Of a DNA stretch of 64,000 bases, positions 38,373 through 48,591 are shown piece by piece. The stretch is from an uncultured Chloroflexia bacterium (GTDB taxonomy: Bacteria; Chloroflexota; Anaerolineae; JAAYZQ01). The first letter of the stretch is position 1. Each line of letters opens with the position of its first letter. A program made the translations under genes and the position numbers. The stretch spans positions 832,001-896,000 of the forward strand of contig CAVOXA010000014.1 of assembly GCA_963700285.1 (NCBI GenBank), in the 5' to 3' direction. The notes beneath the pieces are model-generated. The model did no database searches. It was not told the DNA's origin and saw nothing but the letters and a program-made list of their open reading frames with translations.

Positions 38373-40157
38373 CTATCTATCTACTTCACCAAGCGTTATG
38401 TCAATACTACCGATCATCGCTACTACGTCCGAAAACATGCTACCTGGCGCCATATAACGCAGGGCCGAGATGTTGGAGAAGGACGGCCCGCGGATCTTGC
38501 AGCGATAGGGCCGGGGCCCCCCGTCTGACACGAGGTAAAAGCCCAATTCGCCCTTGGGGTTTTCCACGCTGGCATAGACCTCGCCCACAGGCGGAGAAAA
38601 TCCTTCGGTGACCAGTTTGAAGTGATGGATCACCGCTTCCATGCTGCTATCCAACTCTGCTCGCGGCGGCAACGATATCTTGCGATCCGGGTCCTTGACA
38701 GGGCCCGGGCCCATCTTGGCCAGCTTGTCCAATCCCTGGCGGATGATGCGTATGCACTGCTGCATTTCGGCCATGCGAACCTTAAAGCGGGCATGGGCAT
38801 CGCCATGAAGCTGCGTCGGGACGTCGAAATCGTATTCCTCGTATCCGCAATAGGGTGCAGCCCTACGAACGTCGTAGGCCACACCACAGCCTCGCAGCAT
38901 CGGACCGGTACATCCCAGGCCAATGGCTTGCTCAGCGGTGATCACGGCCACTCCTTCCAGGCGCGAGCGGTAGATCGGATTATCCGCCAACATGACCTTG
39001 TACTCGCCCAATCGCTTGTCGAACCAGTCCACAAACTCGCGTACTACTCGGGGGAAAGCTGGGGGCACATCCCAGCGCAGCCCGCCCGTGGTGAAATAGT
39101 TGGTCGTGATCCTCGCCCCACACACCATTTCAAAGATGTCCAGAATCATCTCTCGTTCGCGCAAGGCGTACTCGAGCAATGCGTGAATGGTTCCGGAAAG
39201 GTCAAGGGTCTGGGTCCCCATCCAAATGAGGTGTGCGGCAAGGCGCTGCAGTTCAAGAAGAATGACCCGGATGACATCAGCGCGGGGCGGGACCTGGGCA
39301 GCCAGGAGCTTTTCAACGGCCAGGATATAGGCCAGATCGTTGGACATGCCAGCCACATAGTCCATGCGACTAGGGTAGCTGGCAAACTGCTGGTAAGTCC
39401 GGTTCTCCGCCGTCTTTTCAAACCCGGAATGTAAATGACCAATATCTGGCGCGGCGTGAACAATCCGCTCACCGTCCAGCTCTACCACGACACGCAGAAC
39501 ACCGTGGGTAGCCGGGTGCTGGGGGCCCATGTTGATGATAAAAGTGTCATCCCCCCCACTGAACCAGGGCGGCACATCTGATGCCTTGCTGGGCGCATCC
39601 ATGGTCTGGGTGCCGAGACCAGCCAGGGCTGGGTCATCGGGATTCACTGTGAACTGCACCGGTTCGTCGCCCAGGGCATAGTCCTTACGCAAAGGGTGTC
39701 CAACCCAATCAGAGGGCAGCAGAATACGGCGCAATTCGGGGTGGCCCCGAAATTGGACGCCGAACAGGTCAAAGGCTTCTCGCTCGTGCCAGTCTGCTGC
39801 TGGCCAGACAGAGGCCACGCTATCTACAGTGGGCGCATGCCCAGGGAGCGGGACGTGAAGCCGGAGCCGGCGCTGGTAAGCCAGCGAGTAGAGTTGATAC
39901 ACGGCCACAAAGCGCGATGACCAACCCCCGCTTGCGTCACCGCCAAGGGGAAGATCAGCCTGTAGCTGGTCCACGATACTGACAAAGACACACAAGTCAT
40001 AGGCCAACGAGGGGTGGTCACGCAGGAACTGGCAGACAGGCAGGATGTCCGCAGGGCGAAGGACAATGGTCGTTTCGCCACGGAACTCGCCGAGATCCAG
40101 GATTGCCTGCGGGAACTGTTCCCCAAGGCCAGGAGCGACTTGTTCGACTCCGCTCAT
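38373..40157 (-). CDS. nuoCD: Fused NADH-quinone oxidoreductase subunit C/D
   Basis: ERE.FDLFG..F.GHP..RRI (C) then NMGPQHPATHGVLR and GEVDR end (D). Confidence 0.95.
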   Translation of the reverse strand: MSGVEQVAPGLGEQFPQAILDLGEFRGETTIVLRPADILPVCQFLRDHPSLAYDLCVFVSIVDQLQADLPLGGDASGGWSSRFVAVYQLYSLAYQRRLRLHVPLPGHAPTVDSVASVWPAADWHEREAFDLFGVQFRGHPELRRILLPSDWVGHPLRKDYALGDEPVQFTVNPDDPALAGLGTQTMDAPSKASDVPPWFSGGDDTFIINMGPQHPATHGVLRVVVELDGERIVHAAPDIGHLHSGFEKTAENRTYQQFASYPSRMDYVAGMSNDLAYILAVEKLLAAQVPPRADVIRVILLELQRLAAHLIWMGTQTLDLSGTIHALLEYALREREMILDIFEMVCGARITTNYFTTGGLRWDVPPAFPRVVREFVDWFDKRLGEYKVMLADNPIYRSRLEGVAVITAEQAIGLGCTGPMLRGCGVAYDVRRAAPYCGYEEYDFDVPTQLHGDAHARFKVRMAEMQQCIRIIRQGLDKLAKMGPGPVKDPDRKISLPPRAELDSSMEAVIHHFKLVTEGFSPPVGEVYASVENPKGELGFYLVSDGGPRPYRCKIRGPSFSNISALRYMAPGSMFSDVVAMIGSIDITLGEVDR

Positions 40158-40203
40158 CTCACATCCCTGCACGATTGGCAATTGCTTGCTGGCAAGCCAC
40201 TAG

Positions 40204-40686
40204 TCAGCGATAGTCCTCGAACTTTTCTTGCTGGATCTTTTCGTACAGCTGCATGATACCATACAACAGCGCCTCAGGTCGGGGCGGACAGCCAGGGACA
40301 TACACGTCTACCGGAATCAGCTTGTCTACTCCCTGGACGATGGCATAGTTCTCAAAGGGGCCGCCACTGGAAGCACAGGCTCCCATGGCAATGACCCACT
40401 TGGGCTCAGGCATCTGTTGGTACAGCCGCTTGACAACGGGAGCCATCTTTTGTGAGACTCGGCCGGAGATGATCATCACGTCTGATTGCCTGGGAGTGCC
40501 GCGAAATACCTCGGCGCCAAATCGAGCTACGTCATGACGAGGGCCACCTGCGGCCATCATTTCAATGGCGCAGCAGGCAAGGCCAAAAAGAAAGGGAAAC
40601 GGTGACCGGCCCCGGCCCCAGTCCACGAGCCTCTCGAGGGTCGTGGTTACGAACGCGCCTTCCGGTAGGGCGTTTTCTAGTCCCAC
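40204..40686 (-). CDS. nuoB: NADH-quinone oxidoreductase subunit B
   Basis: [28 protein letters not shown]. Confidence 0.95.
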   Translation of the reverse strand: MGLENALPEGAFVTTTLERLVDWGRGRSPFPFLFGLACCAIEMMAAGGPRHDVARFGAEVFRGTPRQSDVMIISGRVSQKMAPVVKRLYQQMPEPKWVIAMGACASSGGPFENYAIVQGVDKLIPVDVYVPGCPPRPEALLYGIMQLYEKIQQEKFEDYR

Positions 40687-41039
40687 TCTAGCCCTCCCTT
40701 CTTCCAAACGTAGACGAGTCCCAGCAGCAGGATCGATACAAAAAAACCGACTTCCAGCAGGCCAACCAGTTTCGGTGACAGGTCCCGAAAAACCGTTGCC
40801 CAAGGAAAGAGAAAGAGGATCTCGATGTCAAACAGGATGAATAGGACAGCGTAGAGAAAGTACTGGATGGGAAAGCGCCCACGCGCCGGCCCGATCGGCA
40901 GTTTTCCCGACTCGTAAGGAGCCAGTTTGACATCGTCGGGGCGCTTTGGGCCGAACAAAGCTGGTGCAAGAACAGCAATGGCTGATAGAACCACTGCTAC
41001 CACTGCGAAAATCAGGATCGGCAAGTAGTCACCAGACAT
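40677..41039 (-). CDS. nuoA: NADH-quinone oxidoreductase subunit A
   Basis: [26 protein letters not shown]. Confidence 0.95.
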   Translation of the reverse strand: MSGDYLPILIFAVVAVVLSAIAVLAPALFGPKRPDDVKLAPYESGKLPIGPARGRFPIQYFLYAVLFILFDIEILFLFPWATVFRDLSPKLVGLLEVGFFVSILLLGLVYVWKKGGLEWD

Positions 41040-41122
41040 CCAACTGAACTCCTCGCTTTGGGCGATGAAATAGCGTATCCCGGTCCTCGCATCTGCGGCA
41101 ACAAAGCCGGTCTCTGAACACC

Positions 41123-41144
41123 GATTGTAGAGTTTAGCACAATC
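41123..41144. promoter_or_regulatory. Putative Rex-like operator overlapping nuo -10
   Basis: GATTGT-N10-ACAATC inverted repeat; 18-bp core TTGTGCTAAACTCTACAA resembles TTGTG-N8-CACAA. Confidence 0.45.
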
Positions 41145-41159
41145 CACCGGGTTTGTCAA
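41131..41159 (-). promoter_or_regulatory. sigma70-type promoter of nuo operon
   Basis: TTGACA-17bp-TAAACT with TGTGC extended -10. Confidence 0.75.
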
Positions 41160-41275
41160 AACCTGTGAGACGTGGCATAGTACATCTGCGTTCTACGTAC
41201 CGGCAACGCTCACTTTCCCATCGAACTCTTTCCTGCTATAATGCTGCACGAATAGTAGGGGAGAGACCCTTCGAA

Positions 41276-42139
41276 ATGACCAGCACGAACCTGACCCTGG
41301 ACAATCTGCAGACATCGCGGGCGGTACGCTACCGCCAGCGCCCTGACCTGCGAGTGAACACCGAGAAAGAGGCGCTTGCTTTTCTAAACGACGTCGGCCT
41401 GTGCTCACTTTTTTCGGCCAAGGGGATCGAATTGCCATCACTGTGGGGAGCGCTCTGCGGCGAGGACCGGCCCCTTCCCCAGAACCATGATAACCGCGAG
41501 CTGGGGCTGGCCTGGCAGTGGAAGGATACGCTACCCATTGCCGGCCAGGTACTTTACGGCAAGTTTCTGCGCAAGAGACCGGTTTTTATCTCGCTCGATC
41601 TGGCGCCGCATTTCTACGCCCTATCTCCCAACTATGGAGACCTGGCGGAAGACTATCTCCAGGATTATGTCGATGGCCGGCTTTCAGTTGAGTCCAAGCA
41701 GGTATACGAAATCCTGCTGAAACTGGGCGCACTGCCCACAAGCCGCCTTCGCCGGGAAGCCGGGCTGGCCGGCAAAACAAACGCCACGCGCTTTGACCGT
41801 GCCCTGGCCGAACTGCAGATGGATTTCCGTATCGTCAAAGTGGCAATCTCGGATGCCAACCGGTGGGGGTACTGTTATGTCTACGATCTACTGCCCCGCC
41901 GCTTCCCAGAGATCGTGCAAGCATCTCGGAGCATCCAGGGCAGGCAGGCGCGAGAGACAATCATGCTGAGGTACCTGCGGACGGTGATCGCCGCCACCCC
42001 ACAACAGGTCGGTAGAGTCCTGGGATGGACGAAACCCGACGTCGAGCGTCTCGTCGCTCGATTGGCCGGTGACAACAAGCTAGATGCCGGTATTCAGATC
42101 GAGGGCATGGCGGAACCGTACATGGTATCCAGACCTTGA
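41276..42139 (+). CDS. AlkZ/YcaQ-related winged-helix protein
   Basis: LPSLW, W.WKD.L, YGKF, LRRE..AL.ELQ; own TG-C-TATAAT at 41234-41242. Confidence 0.6.
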   Translation: MTSTNLTLDNLQTSRAVRYRQRPDLRVNTEKEALAFLNDVGLCSLFSAKGIELPSLWGALCGEDRPLPQNHDNRELGLAWQWKDTLPIAGQVLYGKFLRKRPVFISLDLAPHFYALSPNYGDLAEDYLQDYVDGRLSVESKQVYEILLKLGALPTSRLRREAGLAGKTNATRFDRALAELQMDFRIVKVAISDANRWGYCYVYDLLPRRFPEIVQASRSIQGRQARETIMLRYLRTVIAATPQQVGRVLGWTKPDVERLVARLAGDNKLDAGIQIEGMAEPYMVSRP

Positions 42140-42149
42140 CCTCAGGTGC

Positions 42150-44624
42150 CTATCGCCCCCAACCAATCTTCTCATTCTGCCACTCATAGGCCAGCCCGCC
42201 GCCGCCGATATCAAAGAGCTTACTGCGATTGGACCCATCGGGGCTCATGACCCACACAGCCCAGACCCCACCCTGGTTCGATACGTAAGCCAGGCTCTTG
42301 CCGTCCGGCGACCAGACAGGTAAGCCGTCATGCGCCGCGTCTTGGGTCAACCGCTTCAAACCGGTACCGTCCGCGTTCATGACATAGACTTCCCAGTTCC
42401 CATCACGGCTAGACATAAAAGCGATCCTTCCGTCCGCAGGATTGGGAGAAACGGCTGGGGCTGCATCTTCTTGGTGTTCCGTCAGTTGCGTGGCGGGATG
42501 AGCGCCTTGCCCTGAGGGGATAATAAAAAGGCCACAACGAGCCGGCTCCACCGTATTGTCACAACCCCTGTAAACGATCCGATGGTCTGGTGTCCACGTA
42601 GGACTGTCACCTCGGACGTCATCCGGACCAAAATTCAGGGGGCGGCCTTCCTGCTGGCGCCCCTCAAAGGGTACCTCGTCCATCACATAGATGCGAGATT
42701 GCTTGTCCCCGTGCATGGTCGAGCTGAAAGCCAGCCGGTTGTCCGCGGACGACCAGGCTGGCCGATTGTCCTCGATGTGCTTGCTGATTTCCTTCAAGCT
42801 GCTGCCATCAGGGCGCAGGATGAACAGATTCATCTGCTCGTGCCGCTCACCGTTCACCGACAGCCACTGCCCATCCGGGCTGAACGATGGTTGGTGCATT
42901 TCCTCTACAACGAGACGGCGATCACTGCCATCCGCATTGATCACAAATGTATCGTACTTGCCCCGCTCGCGGTTCCAGACCGGGAAGACAAAGCGCCCGC
43001 TCGCAGACGGTGGCGGGGCAGCCGGCTTTGAAGCACTCGGGGTGGTCTGGGGTGTAGCATCGGGAACGGGAGAGGATAGAGCTACAACTGTTGGAGAAGG
43101 TCGATCCCCTTCACAGACCTCCTTGGCCTCCAGAGCCAAGGAATCCCCGGCGTCGAGGGCCAGGGCCTGCCCAGCATAGGTCGTAGCGTCGTCACACTGC
43201 CCTTGGGAAGCGAGTATCGCTGCCATCAGAGAATAGCTATCCGCGTCCTGAGCCCCTGCCGAGAGGGCCTGCTGCAATGAGGACTGGGCTTGGTCGATCT
43301 GGCCCGCTAGGTAGTAAGCCTTGCCGAGGGCAATGTAAGTTGCGGCTTTGGGACGCAGGGCCAGCGCATCCTGAAAAATAGGAACAGCCGTGGAAGGATC
43401 CCCTGCCTCCAACAACAAAAGGCCCAGTTCATGGCGGCGAAGCCAGAGTTCAGGCTGCAGTCCTGCTGCACGCTGCAATTCGCTGGCCGCCTGCCCCAGG
43501 TCATTGTCAGCGACCTGATAGAGCCAGCCGCGGATGCGATGCGCGTTGGCGTTTTGGCTGTCATGCACCAAGGCCAGATCAGCCGCGTCGCCCGCGTCCT
43601 GCAGCCTGCCCTGGCTCATCAAGGCTTCCGCCATGGCCGCAAGCGCCTCCGGGCTCTCGGCGTTCAATTCTACGGCAACTTTTGCCCAGGACAGCGCTGA
43701 GGTCTGGTCCCCAGCCTCGAGATAGGCCCGAGACAGTACTGTCGCCGCATCACCGCTGGTAGGATCAAGTCCGACCGCCTTTCTCGCATGCACCAGTGCC
43801 TGGTCCGGCTCGTCGTCCAAGAGCAACGCCCAGGCCCAACCAACTTCCGGCACGGCATCGTCAGGTGCTTGGCGCGCAAGTTCCTCATAGATGGCAACAG
43901 CTTCTTCGAGTTTGCTGCGCTGGGTCAGGGCCTGCGCTTGGAGCAAAAAGCCCTCTACATCTGGTTCGGTAGCGCCCGGGGTCACGGCACTCACCACGCG
44001 GGTGCTCGGCACGCCGGTTGCTGAGGGTATCTCGGCGACGACGGTCTGGGCCAACGCCGTAGGAGATGCTATTTCCACCTCAGGCGTCGGCGAATTCTGG
44101 GCATCCTGGCCAGGGGAGTCTGGCGAGTCATTCATCAGGTTATAGATGGCCACGCCGCCGAGGATAAGCATGAGCGCCGCCGCGGCCACAATCACGGCAA
44201 TGACCCATACCCGTCTCCCGGTTCTGTCCGGTGGAGGGGATGTGGGAACGGGGGACAGGGGAACCACGACCTTGTCCGTCCCGGTCTTTTCGTCTTCTTG
44301 GGCCACCTCTTGGTACGCTAACTCTGCGTCTCCGATGGAGATCAGCTCGCCGTCCTGCAGTACGTGGGGAGCGGCCAGGCGGACACCGTTGACCAGCGTG
44401 CCATTGGCGCTACCCAGATCGGTAAGGACGTAGCCATCTCCTTCCCGGACCACGCGGGCATGATACCGTGACACTTTCGGATCGTTCAGCCTGAGTGCAT
44501 TGTCCTCAGCCCGGCCAATGCCCAGCTCGGCTTCAAGCACGAGGCTCTGGATTTCGCCCCCGGCCACCCTTACCAGCAGGCATGGGGAGCGCGGAGACTC
44601 GCCCTTTGCTGTGCGATTGGTCAT
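42150..44624 (-). CDS. FHA - TM - TPR - TolB/PD40 beta-propeller protein
   Basis: IGR..N, VSRYHA, DLGSANGT.VNG (FHA); one TM; TPRs; P.WSPDG repeats. Confidence 0.85.
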   Translation of the reverse strand: MTNRTAKGESPRSPCLLVRVAGGEIQSLVLEAELGIGRAEDNALRLNDPKVSRYHARVVREGDGYVLTDLGSANGTLVNGVRLAAPHVLQDGELISIGDAELAYQEVAQEDEKTGTDKVVVPLSPVPTSPPPDRTGRRVWVIAVIVAAAALMLILGGVAIYNLMNDSPDSPGQDAQNSPTPEVEIASPTALAQTVVAEIPSATGVPSTRVVSAVTPGATEPDVEGFLLQAQALTQRSKLEEAVAIYEELARQAPDDAVPEVGWAWALLLDDEPDQALVHARKAVGLDPTSGDAATVLSRAYLEAGDQTSALSWAKVAVELNAESPEALAAMAEALMSQGRLQDAGDAADLALVHDSQNANAHRIRGWLYQVADNDLGQAASELQRAAGLQPELWLRRHELGLLLLEAGDPSTAVPIFQDALALRPKAATYIALGKAYYLAGQIDQAQSSLQQALSAGAQDADSYSLMAAILASQGQCDDATTYAGQALALDAGDSLALEAKEVCEGDRPSPTVVALSSPVPDATPQTTPSASKPAAPPPSASGRFVFPVWNRERGKYDTFVINADGSDRRLVVEEMHQPSFSPDGQWLSVNGERHEQMNLFILRPDGSSLKEISKHIEDNRPAWSSADNRLAFSSTMHGDKQSRIYVMDEVPFEGRQQEGRPLNFGPDDVRGDSPTWTPDHRIVYRGCDNTVEPARCGLFIIPSGQGAHPATQLTEHQEDAAPAVSPNPADGRIAFMSSRDGNWEVYVMNADGTGLKRLTQDAAHDGLPVWSPDGKSLAYVSNQGGVWAVWVMSPDGSNRSKLFDIGGGGLAYEWQNEKIGWGR

Positions 44625-46606
44625 TACCCGCTCCTTTCCTCCATCGTTGCCAGACTCTCGGCCTGAAGGCCCAGCCGTTTGAGATGAACCAACAGCACCG
44701 TAATGTCAGCCGGGTTGACCCCAGCCAACCGAGCTGCCTGGCCGACCGTTGCCGGCCGGATACTACTCAGCTTTTCGCGCGCTTCTGTACAAAGACCCAT
44801 CAGATGCTCATAGTCCAGGCCTGGCGGGATGCGGCGATCCTCTAGACGTCGAAAGCGAGCCACCTCGGCGTGTTGCTTCTCAATATAGCCAGCATACTTG
44901 GCCTCGATCTGCACCTGCTCGGCGACGTCGAGCGCACACGCCTCAGGAGGCGGGACCAGAGCGGCCACGAGATCATACTGAACCTCAGGACGCCGGAGGA
45001 ATTGCAGGGCATTGACTCCATCGGATAGAGGCCGCAGGCCATGCTCGACCAAAAGCATATTCATGCCAGCGTGGCCGGGGCGAAGCCAGGTTGTTTCAAG
45101 TCGCTCCAACTCGGTCTCCACAGCCCGTCGCTTGGTGACGATGGCATTGTACCTTTCCTGCGATAATAGGCCCACCTGGTGGCCAATCTCACTCAGGCGC
45201 AGATCCGCATTGTCCTGGCGCAGCAAGAGTCTGTACTCAGCCCTGCTGGTCATGATCCGGTAAGGCTCAGAGATCTGCTTGGTCACCAGATCATCGATCA
45301 GCACGCCGATGTAGGCCTGATCGCGACGTAGAATGATGGAAGGTCGTTCCTGGACCTTTAGCGCGGCATTGATCCCGGCGATGAGGCCCTGGGCCGCAGC
45401 TTCCTCATAGCCACTGGTTCCATTGATCTGCCCGGCATGGAAAAGGCCCTCGATGCGTTTTGTCTCCAGCCCAGCATCCACTTCCTGGCAGGGTACGCCA
45501 TCGTACTCGATGGCATAACCAGGGCGCATGATCTCCGCCTGTCGCAGTGCGGGGATGGAATGAAGCATGTCCAGTTGGACCTCTTCAGGCATGCCAGTGA
45601 AAAAACCCTGGACGTATACCTCGCCAGTATGCCAACCCTCAGGTTCCAAAAAGAGCTGGTGCCGCTCCTTTTGAGGAAAGCGCACGACCTTTTCCTCGAA
45701 GCTGGGACAGTAGCGTGGCCCGAGTGCATCCAGTTTCCCCGGGGCAATGGGCGACCGGTGAAGGCTATGGCGTACCACTTGCAGGGTCTCTGGCGTGGTG
45801 TACACCGAGTAACAAGGCAGTTGAGGCCGCCACGAAGGCATCTCTGCCACCGGATACACAGGGTTTGGAGGGTCCGTGAGAAAAGATGGCACCAAAGGGT
45901 GCATACCCGACACACAGTCCGCGGCATTGGCGGCTGAGAAGTAGAGCGGTACCGGGCTGCCCAACTGAGGCACAGTCAGGGAAAAGTCAATGGTACGGGC
46001 GTCAACCCGAGGTGGCGTATTGGTCTGCAGGCGGATCAGAGGAAAACCGAGAGCGCGAAGACAAGCAGAAAGACCCGTAGCGGGAACCTCGCCAGCGCGT
46101 CCCGCAGGCCAACTCTGTTCGCCGGATAGGACCCGGCCGCCGAGAAAGGTGCCAGTCGTCAGAATAACCGTACGCCCGCGAATTTGGCCGCCCGTGTGCG
46201 TAACAACGCCTCGCACCCGGTCTCCCTTGACAACCAGGCTCTCGATTCGAGCCTGCTTGAGATGGAGCCGCGGCGTATTCTCCAGAACGTGCTTCATCCG
46301 CAGCGAGTAGCGGCGCTTGTCCGCCTGAGCACGCAAAGCCTGTACGGCAGGTCCCTTGCTCTGGTTCAACAACCGGATCTGGATAGAGCTGTCATCGATC
46401 GCACTGGCCATCTCGCCGCCGAGTGCGTCGATCTCGCGCACAAGATGCCCCTTGCCTGGCCCGCCAATGCTTGGATTGCAGGGCATCTGGGCGATAAGGT
46501 CCAGGTTCATCGTCAACAGCAGCGTGCGTGCACCCATCCTTGCAGCCGCCAGGGCTGCCTCACAACCTGCATGCCCCGCACCGACGACGATCACGTCATA
46601 TTTCAA
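44624..46606 (-). CDS. mnmG: tRNA uridine-5-carboxymethylaminomethyl modification enzyme
   Basis: VVGAGHAGCEAA, CNPSIGG.GKG.LVRE.DALGG, GPRYCPS.E.K, AGQINGTSGYEEAA. Confidence 0.97.
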   Translation of the reverse strand: MKYDVIVVGAGHAGCEAALAAARMGARTLLLTMNLDLIAQMPCNPSIGGPGKGHLVREIDALGGEMASAIDDSSIQIRLLNQSKGPAVQALRAQADKRRYSLRMKHVLENTPRLHLKQARIESLVVKGDRVRGVVTHTGGQIRGRTVILTTGTFLGGRVLSGEQSWPAGRAGEVPATGLSACLRALGFPLIRLQTNTPPRVDARTIDFSLTVPQLGSPVPLYFSAANAADCVSGMHPLVPSFLTDPPNPVYPVAEMPSWRPQLPCYSVYTTPETLQVVRHSLHRSPIAPGKLDALGPRYCPSFEEKVVRFPQKERHQLFLEPEGWHTGEVYVQGFFTGMPEEVQLDMLHSIPALRQAEIMRPGYAIEYDGVPCQEVDAGLETKRIEGLFHAGQINGTSGYEEAAAQGLIAGINAALKVQERPSIILRRDQAYIGVLIDDLVTKQISEPYRIMTSRAEYRLLLRQDNADLRLSEIGHQVGLLSQERYNAIVTKRRAVETELERLETTWLRPGHAGMNMLLVEHGLRPLSDGVNALQFLRRPEVQYDLVAALVPPPEACALDVAEQVQIEAKYAGYIEKQHAEVARFRRLEDRRIPPGLDYEHLMGLCTEAREKLSSIRPATVGQAARLAGVNPADITVLLVHLKRLGLQAESLATMEERSG

Positions 46607-46648
46607 AAAGCCATTCTCCCTCCAACTGTCTTCCCGATCCAAGTTCAG

Positions 46649-46735
46649 ATTATACCAGGGATCATGGCTGAGGGCAACAGTTCTTCCGAGTCTGGTGAAA
46701 GCCAGCTTGTCGAATACCCCCTTCTGAAGTATAAT
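46649..46735. promoter_or_regulatory. Divergent sigma70 promoters for mnmG (-) and ABC1 kinase (+)
   Basis: (-) TTGCCC-17-TATAAT at 46649-46677; (+) TTGTCG-17-TATAAT at 46707-46735. Confidence 0.7.
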
Positions 46736-46796
46736 CCAGACTCGGGAAACCACCCGCTTCACGGAATCCTGAGTGTCTGGAGCAGAAAAGAGACCT

Positions 46797-48494
46797 ATGT
46801 CCATCCCATTCCCATTCCACCGTCGTATCGCGGAGATTGGACGAGTCCGCCGCATCACCGAGGTCCTCGTGCGCAACGGCCTGGGCTTCTTGGTGTCGCA
46901 GCTCGCGCTGGACCGCTTCCTGCCCCGCTTCATGCGCCGGTCTCAGATCCGCACGGATGCGGCGGCGAACCACCGCACCGTGCCAGAGCGATTGCGCCAC
47001 ACCTTCGAGGATTTGGGCGGCACCTACGTCAAACTGGGTCAATTCCTCAGCGGGCGAGCAGATCTCCTCCCGCCAGCGTACATTGAAGAGCTATCCAAGC
47101 TGCTGGATGCGGCGCCCAAAGTCCCGGCTGAGGAGATACGAGAGGTCATTGAGCGGGAACTCGACGCGCCCATCGAGGATCTTTTTTCTGTCTTTGATGA
47201 CGTCCCCATCGCTTCCGCCTCCATCGGCCAGGTACACCGAGCTACCCTGCCCGACGGCCATGAGGTCGTAGTCAAGGTTCAGAGACCGGGGATCGACGAA
47301 GTGGTAGATGCGGACCTGGACCTATTCCTGCGCCAGGCACGTTTTCTCGAGAGACGTTCGGAGACGATGCGTGGCTACAACCTGGTGGCCATCACCGAGG
47401 AGCTGTCCAGGTCGATACGCGAGGAATTGGACTACCAGATCGAAGGGCGCAACGCCGAGCGCTTGCGAAACAACCTCAGCGCAGATGGTCGCTTCAGGGT
47501 TCCTCAGGTATTCTGGGGCTTGACAACCCGGCGAGTCATTACCTTGGAGTACCTCGACGGCATCAAGTTCAACGAGCTAGACCGCATGCGCAAGGCTGAC
47601 TATGATCTGACATCGGTCGCTCAGGTCACCATTGAGGGCTATCTCAAGCAGATCTTTGTCGATGGCTTTTACCACGCCGATGCCCACCCAGCAAACCTCA
47701 TGGTGGTGGACTTTCAGATCGGCTTTCTTGATTTCGGCAACGTTGGCCATCTGACGCCCAGGCAAAAAGAGCTGCTAGGGGACATATTCCTGCAGATCCT
47801 CGATGAAGACGCGGGCGGTGTGGCCAGGACCGTGATCAAGATGGGTGCGACCCGAGGCCGTCCTGATCTAGAATCCATGGAGCGGGACCTGAATCGCCTT
47901 CTGGTACGCTATTGGGGCATCCCACTGGATCAACTACCGGTGGGCGAAATGCTGGCCGAAGTGTTCGAGACCGCCCACCAGTACAAAGTGTACTTGCCGG
48001 GTGATCTAGCCCTGCTGGCCCGAACCATCATTACCCTGGAGGGTACCGGCCGTGCGCTAGATCCCGAGTTTCTGCTCGTAGACGCGGTACGCCCCTTTGC
48101 CGAACGGCTGGTCCGTGAGCGGCTCTCTCCGGTATTGGCCGGACGGCGTGCGCTGCGAACCATGCGTCAAGCCGCAGATCTGGCTCAATCCTTCCCTCGA
48201 CGCCTGGATGACCTCTGGGATCAACTGGAGGAAGGCGAGATCACGGTCGGGGTTGAGATACGGCGCCTGGAAGTGGTCATCAACAAGGCGAACAGCATGA
48301 TCAACCGGGTCGTCTTTGGGGTAGTCGTGGCAGCCCTCATCATCGGCTCGGCGCTGATCTTGCGGGCTGGTGAAGGGGCGCGGGAATTCGCCCTTCTGGG
48401 CTTGAGCGTTCCCGTGGCAGAGCTATCGTTTATTGGAGCGGTGCTGGCCGCGGCCTGGCTGCTGATTTCGATGGTCCGGTCGCGCAATATCTGA
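46797..48494 (+). CDS. ABC1/UbiB/AarF atypical kinase
   Basis: LG.TYVKLGQ, ASASIGQVH, VVKVQRP, HADAHPAN, LDFG; two C-terminal TMs. Confidence 0.92.
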   Translation: MSIPFPFHRRIAEIGRVRRITEVLVRNGLGFLVSQLALDRFLPRFMRRSQIRTDAAANHRTVPERLRHTFEDLGGTYVKLGQFLSGRADLLPPAYIEELSKLLDAAPKVPAEEIREVIERELDAPIEDLFSVFDDVPIASASIGQVHRATLPDGHEVVVKVQRPGIDEVVDADLDLFLRQARFLERRSETMRGYNLVAITEELSRSIREELDYQIEGRNAERLRNNLSADGRFRVPQVFWGLTTRRVITLEYLDGIKFNELDRMRKADYDLTSVAQVTIEGYLKQIFVDGFYHADAHPANLMVVDFQIGFLDFGNVGHLTPRQKELLGDIFLQILDEDAGGVARTVIKMGATRGRPDLESMERDLNRLLVRYWGIPLDQLPVGEMLAEVFETAHQYKVYLPGDLALLARTIITLEGTGRALDPEFLLVDAVRPFAERLVRERLSPVLAGRRALRTMRQAADLAQSFPRRLDDLWDQLEEGEITVGVEIRRLEVVINKANSMINRVVFGVVVAALIIGSALILRAGEGAREFALLGLSVPVAELSFIGAVLAAAWLLISMVRSRNI

Positions 48495-48545
48495 CGGGTC
48501 ACGGCTATCGCAAAAGTGCCCAGTGCCGGAACTCCCCGCTAGCAA

Positions 48546-48574
48546 GGCCCGCGCTGGCCGGCACACGGCGGGCC
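48546..48574. terminator. GC hairpin between convergent genes
   Basis: GGCCCGC...GCGGGCC stem; weak T-tail. Confidence 0.35.
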
Positions 48575-48591
48575 AATACACCCTGGTTTGT

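Noticed and set aside
41180-41193. Possible LexA box upstream of the AlkZ-like gene (GTAC-N6-GTTC)
   Set aside because: Spacing does not fit GAAC-N4-GTTC
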